Origin: Crocosphaera subtropica ATCC 51142
GTDB lineage: Bacteria; Cyanobacteriota; Cyanobacteriia; Cyanobacteriales; Microcystaceae
Direction of reading: 5' to 3'
Assembly (NCBI RefSeq): GCF_000017845.1
Contig: NC_010546.1
Location: 2,460,001-2,492,000 of the forward strand
Length of the DNA stretch: 32,000 nucleotides
Shown in pieces: positions 9,523-17,062 of the stretch. Made by a program: the position numbers and the translations under genes. A model generated the notes under the pieces. That model was given only the letters and a program-made list of their open reading frames with translations. It did no database searches and was not told the origin of the DNA. The number at the start of each line of letters is the position of its first letter. Position 1 is the first letter of the stretch.

Positions 9523-9827
9523 TTCAAGATATCATTGAAAGTTATGCTCAGAAACATCCTCAAGATAATGACATCGAAACGCAGATAGTTTGTGACACTA
9601 TTAATAATCATTATTTACTATTATATGTAGGATGGCAACAAGAAAAACAGATTTATGGTTGTCCTATTCATGTTGATATTAAAGATAATAAGTTTTGGAT
9701 TCAACGAGATTTGACAGAAGACGGAGTTGCAAGTCAGTTATTAGAAGCAGGAGTATCTAAAGAGAATATTGTGTTAGGATTTCGTTCTCCATTTAATCGA
9801 CAATTTACAGATTTTGCCATAAATTAA
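9495..9827 (+). CDS. xisI: XisI (fdxN-element excision controlling factor XisI family)
   Basis: XisI-like blocks: HYLLLYVGWQ, YGCPIHVDIKDNKFWIQRDLTEDGVASQLLEAGVSKENIVLGF. It sits immediately downstream of xisH, as in other cyanobacteria. Confidence 0.85.
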   Translation: METITYQKLIQDIIESYAQKHPQDNDIETQIVCDTINNHYLLLYVGWQQEKQIYGCPIHVDIKDNKFWIQRDLTEDGVASQLLEAGVSKENIVLGFRSPFNRQFTDFAIN

Positions 9828-9841
9828 TAAAATAAAAACAA

Positions 9842-10021
9842 ATGGAAAATATAACAATATTTCCCCCTGATCTTAATAACTATAGTTTATCAGATTTACC
9901 TGAAATTGGCACACTAGAAACCATAGAAAAGATTTTAAATAAAGAATAAGCTTTAAACTTAAGTCAAATTCAACAATTAGCAAAGCGTTTTCATGTTCAA
10001 CCTCAAGTGTTTTTAGATTAA
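9842..10021 (+). pseudogene. Possible remnant of a small HTH (HigA/XRE-like antitoxin C-terminus) ORF with an in-frame TAA
   Basis: ATG at 9842 opens 35 codons ending at TAA 9947-9949. The same frame continues ALNLSQIQQLAKRFHVQPQVFLD to TAA at 10019-10021. The ...ILNKE*ALNLSQIQQLAKRFHV.P.VFL pattern resembles the end of HigA-type HTH proteins. The assignment is weak. Confidence 0.25.
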
Positions 10022-10087
10022 ATGATTAATATTTGACTGGTTATGTCCTTTTATCCTAATAATTATAATTTTCTTTAGACTTGACAA

Positions 10088-10948
10088 TTAAATCTTTGTA
10101 AACCAATCTAAGTCAACTTCAACTGACTCAATCATAGTTATTTTCACCCCAAGACCTAACTTTTTTAAACGCTGAACCAATTGCTCACCATCGATTAAAT
10201 CAATAGGTGGTGCGCCATCTCGTGTTGCCTCTTTAACAGCATCTTTAGTAAACCTACCAGTTGTTATAAATAAACCTTTATCTGTACGTCCTTGCATAGC
10301 ACCTCGAAAGTCTCGAATTTGACCTGCTGTTACTGAACCTTGATAACGTTTACATTGAAAAAGAACATGAAAGCTCAAAAAGCCATTAATACGAGCAATA
10401 CCAACTCCATCAATTCCCCCATCACCGGATTTACCCGTTACTTGTACTTGAATAAAGCCAGATTCACGTAGTAAACGCTGGGTCAAACGTTCAAAAGCCG
10501 ATGGTTCTAAAGATAGTAATTTTTTATGAATTTGCTGATGCCATGAAAGCTCTTCTTCTTCTAAAGTGTCTAAAGTTTCTAAAGTTTTAATGTCATTTAC
10601 CGAACTTATAGAGATTTCTGTACTCTTATCGGTATCTCGAACTGTCCTAACAATTTCTTTTACATCTATATCATTAAGATTAATCGGGGTTGATACTAAA
10701 GACCATACACCACGGGATGAATTTTCTAATAGTCCGTATTTTTTTAAATAGGTTCGACTCCATGAAAGTCTATATTCAACTTCACTTTGTGATGTACTTC
10801 CATGAGAGATTTCTAGAATATCGTCTGGTATATTTAGAAGTTGTACAACTTTTTCGTAAATTTCCTCGTTAGTACCAGAGCCACCTAAAGTTTGTAGAGC
10901 TTCAAGTGTAGGTAAAATCATTGAGTCATATGTTGGAAGTTCATTCAT
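10088..10948 (-). CDS. Mrr-family restriction endonuclease (Mrr_N winged helix plus Mrr_cat PD-(D/E)xK domain)
   Basis: N-terminal ILPTLEALQTLGGSGTNEEIYEKV. C-terminal FERLTQRLLRESGF...VTGKSGDGGIDG...LFQCKRY. Possible starts are ATG 10948 (preferred), ATG 10960 and TTG 10975. Confidence 0.85.
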   Translation of the reverse strand: MNELPTYDSMILPTLEALQTLGGSGTNEEIYEKVVQLLNIPDDILEISHGSTSQSEVEYRLSWSRTYLKKYGLLENSSRGVWSLVSTPINLNDIDVKEIVRTVRDTDKSTEISISSVNDIKTLETLDTLEEEELSWHQQIHKKLLSLEPSAFERLTQRLLRESGFIQVQVTGKSGDGGIDGVGIARINGFLSFHVLFQCKRYQGSVTAGQIRDFRGAMQGRTDKGLFITTGRFTKDAVKEATRDGAPPIDLIDGEQLVQRLKKLGLGVKITMIESVEVDLDWFTKI

Positions 10949-11081
10949 ATAGAAATTCATGATTATATGTGTCAATATTAATAATGATATGATTTAATCA
11001 CTATTATTCAAGACTTAAATAATGAATCTTAACTAAGTAATAACCCGTAAAAAAAAATTATCATCTTAAGATAAGAAAAAA

Positions 11082-11420
11082 ATGAATGAACAAATATTAA
11101 ATAGACTAGATATTTCACCTTTAAAACTAACTAACTTTTGTCAAGAAAATTACATCCTCGAATTATCCGTATTTGGTTCTGTTCTTAGAGATGATTTTAC
11201 CAAAATAAGTGATATTGATATTCTGGTAATCTTCGATCCTCAAATTAAACTCAGCTTAATGGATTTAGTCGGTATTCAATACAAACTAGAGGAAAAAATC
11301 GGACGAAAAGTAGACTTAATCGAAAAACGATCTATTGAAAATAGTCATAATTGGATTCGTCGTAAAAACATTTTAGAAACGGCTCAAATTATTTATCAGG
11401 AATCATTTTTCATGAGGTAA
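11082..11420 (+). CDS. Minimal nucleotidyltransferase (MNT-type, the antitoxin-like partner of HepT/DUF86 systems); no HepT partner present
   Basis: GS-x(n)-DxD motif in VFGSVLRDDFTKISDIDILV, with the typical length of about 100 aa. Its last 25 nt overlap the 3' end of the convergent gene. Confidence 0.8.
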   Translation: MNEQILNRLDISPLKLTNFCQENYILELSVFGSVLRDDFTKISDIDILVIFDPQIKLSLMDLVGIQYKLEEKIGRKVDLIEKRSIENSHNWIRRKNILETAQIIYQESFFMR

Positions 11421-12751
11421 TTTGCCACAGCTTGGTAAGCGGGTAAAGTAGTGGGATCATTGGCTGCATTACCCGCCACGGGATAAGAAGCAAAACGGGC
11501 GATGACCATATCTGCGGTGGGATCAATATAGAGAGATTGACCATGCACCCCTCTGGCCATAAATGCCCCATGATCGTTATGGGTGATCCACCACATACTT
11601 CGATAACTCCACCCTTTGAGCAAAGTGTATCCTGCATCGGCAAAGGCTCGGCGATCGCCTCCTTGACGAATATTGTTAATCACCGCTTCAGGAACAACCT
11701 GATTAGAGCCAACCTTGCCATTATTGAGCAGCATTTGTCCAAAACGAGCCATATCCCGTAATCCTGCGTTTAAACCCCCTCCGGCGAAGGGTGTACCAAT
11801 GGAATCGACGGTAAAGTAAGCGTTGATATCAGCCCCCATTTTGCTCCAGATTTTCTCTGAGAGAACCTCCGTAATGGGTTGGTCGGTAACGCGACTGATC
11901 AACCACCCTAAAACGTCGGTGTTGACGGTTTTATAGGCGAAACTGTTACCATGTTCTCCTTTTTTTTGAACGGTTTGCAGGAATTGAAAATAAGTTCTCG
12001 GACCGTTATAGTTTTCGGGTTTTGGCAGAGGATTACCGGCTGCTGCGTGTTGCCAGACTTCTGCGTTAGGATCGGCATAGTCTTCGCTATAATCGAGTGC
12101 CGTTGTCATATCGAGGACTTGACGCACTGTTGCATCCCCAAAGGCACTCTCTCTAAGTTCGGGGATGTACGCCTTGATTAGCCGATTTTCGTCTAATTCC
12201 CCTGTGGCTACCAACATTTCTCCCAGAAGTCCCACGAAAGATTTGGTCAGAGACATAGCTGCATGACGCTTGGTCGGAGAAAGACAACCGAAAAACTTTT
12301 CGTAGACTATTTGACCGTGATGCAAAATGATAATGCCATCGGTAAAATTAACCTTGAGGGATTCTTGCCAAGTCATGGGCTTAGTTTGACCCCAAGGGAT
12401 AAAAGTCACTTCTTCAAGGTTGGGTAAGGCTTTTGTTTTCAAGGGAAGAGTCGCAGATAGGCCACGACTTACGGATTTAGTTGGCATTAACTGTTGAAAA
12501 TGACAAACACTCCAGCGCATTTGCGGAAATTGAAAGTAACTGCCATCTTCAAAACGAATAATTTTGTCAGGTGGTGGGGGAGAACCTTGCATCCAACCGA
12601 AAACATTGGGATCAGAGTTTTCTGCTGTCCAGATTATGTTGCTTGACTCGGTATTATGATCTTGCGCTTTTACCCTGTCAGGAATGGTCAAGGCGATCGC
12701 AATTAAACAAACCACTAAAGGTAGAATAAGAAATTTTTTTTTTAGTTTCAT
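11396..12751 (-). CDS. Secreted serine hydrolase of the beta-lactamase/PBP fold (class C-like, 6-aminohexanoate-dimer-hydrolase-like)
   Basis: S-x-x-K motif in AMSLTKSFVG. Signal-like start MKLKKKFLILPLVVCLIAIALT at ATG 12751, while the track start at 12787 adds 12 residues. The gene contains two HIP1 sites. Confidence 0.8.
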   Translation of the reverse strand: MKLKKKFLILPLVVCLIAIALTIPDRVKAQDHNTESSNIIWTAENSDPNVFGWMQGSPPPPDKIIRFEDGSYFQFPQMRWSVCHFQQLMPTKSVSRGLSATLPLKTKALPNLEEVTFIPWGQTKPMTWQESLKVNFTDGIIILHHGQIVYEKFFGCLSPTKRHAAMSLTKSFVGLLGEMLVATGELDENRLIKAYIPELRESAFGDATVRQVLDMTTALDYSEDYADPNAEVWQHAAAGNPLPKPENYNGPRTYFQFLQTVQKKGEHGNSFAYKTVNTDVLGWLISRVTDQPITEVLSEKIWSKMGADINAYFTVDSIGTPFAGGGLNAGLRDMARFGQMLLNNGKVGSNQVVPEAVINNIRQGGDRRAFADAGYTLLKGWSYRSMWWITHNDHGAFMARGVHGQSLYIDPTADMVIARFASYPVAGNAANDPTTLPAYQAVANYLMKNDS

Positions 12752-12835
12752 ATTGATGGTGGAGTCTTGGGGTGAGACAGAAAGCATGAGAGACGATTTT
12801 TAGTTAAATCTTCGCCTTCGAGCAGATTTAATCAG

Positions 12836-14650
12836 TTAAGATAATTCTCCTGTTTCTTGTAAAGAATGTAAACGATGATAAATACCTTGATGATTTAAAA
12901 GTTGTTGGTGATTTCCTACTTCAACAATTTGTCCATTATCTAAGACAATAATTTTATCAGCTTCTCGCACGGTACTTAAGCGATGAGCAATAATTATGGT
13001 AGTTCTTGTGCCTAAAATAGAGGACATGGCTAACTGAATCAATTTTTCTGATTCATAATCTAAACTAGAGGTAGCTTCATCAAAAATCAATACATCAGGA
13101 TCAACAATTAAGGCTCTAGCGATGCCGATTCTTTGTCGTTGTCCTCCTGATAAGCGCACACCTCTTTCTCCGACAATAGTATAGTAACCTTGAGGAAACT
13201 GGGTAATAAATTCATCAACTCTAGCAATTTGACAGGCTTGTTCTACTGCTTCAAAACTAACAGTTCTATTCCCATAGGTTAAATTGTCTAATAGGGTTCC
13301 ATTAAATATTTCTACCTCTTGATGAACCATCGCTAATCGTTGCCGATATTGAACGATATCTAAGGTTTGAATGTCTTTGCCATCGATTAATATTTGTCCT
13401 TGGGTTGGTTTAAAATAGCGTAATAATAGTTTGATTAATGTGGATTTTCCTGACCCTGATTTACCAACAATGGCCACAGTTTCATAGGGATGAATTAACA
13501 GGTTAATATTTTGAAGAACCCAATGATTCTCGTGGTAAGCAAAGGATAAGTTACTTAGGTGTATTTTCCCTGTAAATTGGTAGGGTTCATGGTTAATAGA
13601 TTCCTGAGTTAGAATCGCTTTATCTTCTCCTGAGGGAATATGTAGAAACTCATGAAAGCGAGAAATGGAACTATAACGACGAGCAAAAATTTCTGCTAGT
13701 TGGGTAATGGGATCTAATTCTGCATAGGCCATACTAGAAACTGTAATCAGAGTAATAAAATGACCCAAGGAAATATGACCTTGTACTGTAATGATTAAAC
13801 TATAAACAAGAATTAAAAATACTGAAGATTGAATGACGGTTTTTTGCCATGTCACTAATTTTACATAGCCTGTATGAATGCGAAACAAGACATATTTAAA
13901 CTCTCGATCTAATCTTTTATCTTGTCGAGATAATTCTCTTCTTTCGGTGGCAAATGCTTTAACAGTCTTGATATTGGTAATTAGTTCTGAACTAAAACTT
14001 TGGGTGTTTTCACTATGTTTATCTAGTAACTCTTCTTGTTTAAGAATTTTGTTTAAATGTTTAATGCTAAAGAATAAAATGAGGGTAAAAGAAATGAGAA
14101 AAAGCAGAGCAATTTTCCATTCAATTAATAAAATAATCACAAAAATACCCAACACCCTGATAATCTTCGGCATTAACTCTCCAGCTATTTCTGGATAAGT
14201 CCATAACTGGTTTTCAACTCCTTTGGCAATGCGGTTAGTAATCCGTCCAGGGTTATATTCATCATAAAAAGATAACGGTAGTGTGAGAATTTTTCTGACG
14301 GTATTTTTTAGCTGTTCTCGACGAACTTTTAAGGCAATTTCCCAGTGAAACCAATCTGTTAACCAGGGTTGAATGGGAGAACGCACAACTGTTACTACAA
14401 AGATAATTCCTAATAAAACAGCTAAAGAAAATATCTGGTTATTAGGAAAATTAGTGATATTAGCTAGAGAATTAACTAAATTTTCTAAAATACTATCGAT
14501 AGGTTGATGAGACAGAACATTGATAATTTGTCCTGTGATATAAGGAACCATTAAATCAACGATTTGTAAAGCGCCAGAGGCTAAGATGCTATAAACAGCA
14601 ATACTCCTATGATTATGATAGGATTTTAGTAAATCTTTCCAAGATATCAT
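12836..14650 (-). CDS. ABC exporter, fused permease/ATPase (MsbA/multidrug-type half transporter)
   Basis: Multi-TM N-terminal half. Walker A GKSGSGKST, signature LSGGQRQR, Walker B LIFDEATS, H-loop IIIAHRL. ATG at 14650 (MISWKDLL...) is preferred over the upstream TTG at 14740. Confidence 0.9.
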   Translation of the reverse strand: MISWKDLLKSYHNHRSIAVYSILASGALQIVDLMVPYITGQIINVLSHQPIDSILENLVNSLANITNFPNNQIFSLAVLLGIIFVVTVVRSPIQPWLTDWFHWEIALKVRREQLKNTVRKILTLPLSFYDEYNPGRITNRIAKGVENQLWTYPEIAGELMPKIIRVLGIFVIILLIEWKIALLFLISFTLILFFSIKHLNKILKQEELLDKHSENTQSFSSELITNIKTVKAFATERRELSRQDKRLDREFKYVLFRIHTGYVKLVTWQKTVIQSSVFLILVYSLIITVQGHISLGHFITLITVSSMAYAELDPITQLAEIFARRYSSISRFHEFLHIPSGEDKAILTQESINHEPYQFTGKIHLSNLSFAYHENHWVLQNINLLIHPYETVAIVGKSGSGKSTLIKLLLRYFKPTQGQILIDGKDIQTLDIVQYRQRLAMVHQEVEIFNGTLLDNLTYGNRTVSFEAVEQACQIARVDEFITQFPQGYYTIVGERGVRLSGGQRQRIGIARALIVDPDVLIFDEATSSLDYESEKLIQLAMSSILGTRTTIIIAHRLSTVREADKIIVLDNGQIVEVGNHQQLLNHQGIYHRLHSLQETGELS

Positions 14651-14945
14651 TGTTTTACTTTTGTTATTTATTTGGAAAAAGTTATGATTAATTGAGTTAG
14701 TTTCTGTATTTAAACACAATTGTAGTAACTTGTGTTTCAAAAGTCAATGATTTATGTGGGGTTTAAATTTAAAGTCGTGAATACTATAGTACAAGCAGAC
14801 TTTAATAAGTTTAGTTGTCTTACCTGTCACAATGTACAAAGTTCTATTACTTACTGCTCAGATATTAAATGTGAATACCATATTTTGATTAAAATTTAGT
14901 TAAGCTCTCTATTTTTTTGTTAATTCATTTGCTTTCCTAAGTTTA

Positions 14946-15290
14946 TCACTCTTTTTCTAATTGATTCATACGTTTTTCTAAGTCCATCACTCTTTCTTTT
15001 AATTCTATAACTAAGGTAGATAATCGTTCAAATAAAGGATCACTTTGTCCAATCAATTCACCGTCAACTATCTGGGGTGAAGGATTATAAGCAGGAGGGT
15101 TATAGTTATTATTGGAGTCTTGTCTTACGTTAGTCATTGCGCTTTCTAAACGGCTAACTCTAGCTTTTAAGCGATTAATATCTCCTCGCAAACGACTTTC
15201 AATACTGGCTGAAACTGGGTTAATTTGTTTTAGCAGCAGAATGATTAGTAATATAAGTAATATTAATAATCGTTGAGGTTGTTTAATCAT
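14946..15290 (-). CDS. Small exported or membrane-anchored coiled-coil protein; function unknown
   Basis: Hydrophobic N-terminus QRLLILLILLIILLL...PVSA, then heptad-like RLKARVSRLESAM and LKERVMDLEKRMNQLEKE. ATG at 15290 is preferred over TTG at 15323. Confidence 0.5.
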   Translation of the reverse strand: MIKQPQRLLILLILLIILLLKQINPVSASIESRLRGDINRLKARVSRLESAMTNVRQDSNNNYNPPAYNPSPQIVDGELIGQSDPLFERLSTLVIELKERVMDLEKRMNQLEKE

Positions 15291-15397
15291 TTTGATTAGT
15301 TTTTTAGCTGACAATAAATTCAATGAGTATATTCAGCAGAATAGACCAAGATAAACTATGTTTCTTGGTCTTTTTAAAGATTTCATTATGTTTTAAT

Positions 15398-15910
15398 TTA
15401 AGGCATTTCCTCTGTATTAGGACGATTTCCCCATCCTCTTTGACGACGTTGTTGTAGAAATTGAGCAAACTGTTGACGTTGTTCTGTGGTTAAAACCTTT
15501 CGCATTTCTAACATACTTTCAAAGCGCAGATTTCCCATTTCTTGACGAAGATTAACAATTTCTTGGTGCTTATCTCGGAGGTCATTTTCTGATGTGTTTC
15601 CTTGCATCATTTGACTCAATTCTTGACCCTCAGCTTGCATTTTTCCTTTTAATTGTTGCATTTGAGGACGATATTTTTGCCGAATTGCACTTAATTGCTG
15701 CATTTGCTGATCGCTGAGATTTAATAGTTGTTGAAATTGTTCGCTTCTGTCTCTTCTTCTGGGTTTATTTCCTTCCTGTTGAGCTAAAATTTTAGTTTCG
15801 GAAAGTAGCACGGATGAAGGGGGTTCGTTAGCAGAATTAGCTAAGGCCATAGTTCCCCCAATTCCTAGGGTTAAAACGGTTACAATCAAAGCAAATTCTT
15901 TGGAAATCAT
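15398..15910 (-). CDS. Periplasmic Spy/CpxP/ZraP-family (LTxxQ) protein
   Basis: Signal peptide MISKEFALIVTVLTLGIGGTMALA. Two LTxxQ-like motifs (LNLSDQQMQQL, LTTEQRQQF). The composition is Q/R/M-rich and helical. Confidence 0.75.
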   Translation of the reverse strand: MISKEFALIVTVLTLGIGGTMALANSANEPPSSVLLSETKILAQQEGNKPRRRDRSEQFQQLLNLSDQQMQQLSAIRQKYRPQMQQLKGKMQAEGQELSQMMQGNTSENDLRDKHQEIVNLRQEMGNLRFESMLEMRKVLTTEQRQQFAQFLQQRRQRGWGNRPNTEEMP

Positions 15911-15955
15911 AGTTACTCTTACCCATTAATTAATAATAGATTATGTAATGAAAGA

Positions 15956-16360
15956 TCAAGGCTGAGAGATTAAATACTGATGACCAACATTATCAACAGA
16001 AATCCACTGATAATAAACAGATTGATTCTGGTTTTCCCAAGGAGATGTATTCGTGGTTTCTTCCCAAGTATCGATCATAAAATTTTCTATTTCTGCTGTT
16101 TCTAGACTCTGAGATTGTGTAACAAATTGCTCATATTCAGAAGGTTTCATCAGGTTAGAAAGTCCCCAGATTCCCATTAAACTAGCAGCAATAACACTAG
16201 GAATTACCCATTTTAATTGAGTAATTTTACGATATTGAGGTTCGTGGGAAATCCTCAGATAGATTTGTTTTTCTAAAGTAGAATCCGCCGGAGGAGGTGA
16301 AGGACGATATCGTTGCAGAAAGGAGATTAATTCTCGATCATCTTTTGGGAATTGAGACAT
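15956..16360 (-). CDS. Putative single-pass anti-sigma factor
   Basis: Start ATG overlaps the sigma-factor stop (TAATG at 16358-16362). It has a short cytoplasmic N-terminus and one TM segment (VIPSVIAASLMGIWGL). No ZAS Cys/His motif is visible. Confidence 0.55.
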   Translation of the reverse strand: MSQFPKDDRELISFLQRYRPSPPPADSTLEKQIYLRISHEPQYRKITQLKWVIPSVIAASLMGIWGLSNLMKPSEYEQFVTQSQSLETAEIENFMIDTWEETTNTSPWENQNQSVYYQWISVDNVGHQYLISQP

Positions 16361-16938
16361 TATAAAGCTCCTTGTTGTTTCAAAAACTTACGCATTTGAT
16401 TTCGGGCATAAAATAAACGAGATTTGACTGTACCTAGGGGTAATTCTAAGATAGTAGCAACTTCTTTTTGGGGAACATCTTCTAAGTCGTGTAACACTAA
16501 AACTGCCCGATGATCTAAACTTAAAGTCTGTAACCCTTGTTGCACTAAATCTTGATAATGCAGTCGCATTAAATCTGGTGTATCTTCAGGACGAGATGGC
16601 ATAATATTTAAAATTGTACCATCATCATTTAAGGACAAATTTTGAGCAAATTTTCGTCGTTTATCTGTGGCAACATTCCAGGTAATACGATATAACCAAG
16701 TGGAAAAATAGGACGGTTCTCGTAGTTTTGGTAAGCTTTTCCAAACTCTCAGAAATACCTCCTGTACTAAGTCATCAAGCATTTCACTCCCACATAATTG
16801 ATAGAGAGTCGCTCTTACCCGTTGTTGATAGCGTCGATATAGTTGTTTAAAAGAGAGGGTATCTCCTTGCTGACAGCGACGCACTAAGTCTTTTTCTGTT
16901 GCATTGGCAGGGTTGTCTGCTAACACGGTTACGCTCAC
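16360..16938 (-). CDS. ECF (group 4) RNA polymerase sigma-70 factor
   Basis: Region 2 (DDLVQEVFLRVWKSL, WLYRITWNVATDKRR) and region 4 HTH (QKEVATILELPLGTVKSRLFYARNQM). GTG start at 16938. Confidence 0.9.
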   Translation of the reverse strand: MSVTVLADNPANATEKDLVRRCQQGDTLSFKQLYRRYQQRVRATLYQLCGSEMLDDLVQEVFLRVWKSLPKLREPSYFSTWLYRITWNVATDKRRKFAQNLSLNDDGTILNIMPSRPEDTPDLMRLHYQDLVQQGLQTLSLDHRAVLVLHDLEDVPQKEVATILELPLGTVKSRLFYARNQMRKFLKQQGAL

Positions 16939-17062
16939 TCTATCACTGAATTCATTTGTTTAGACTAGGTACGTTATCAAAAGGTTCAATTCAATTTTTA
17001 ATGCTAAGATGATAAGGACAGTGATGAAAATAGAATTAATGATTAATTAGAAATCTTTATTA

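Noticed and set aside
13878-14198. 106-aa ORF on the + strand
   Set aside because: It is antisense within the ABC exporter gene. AT-rich DNA gives long accidental frames, and no motifs are present.
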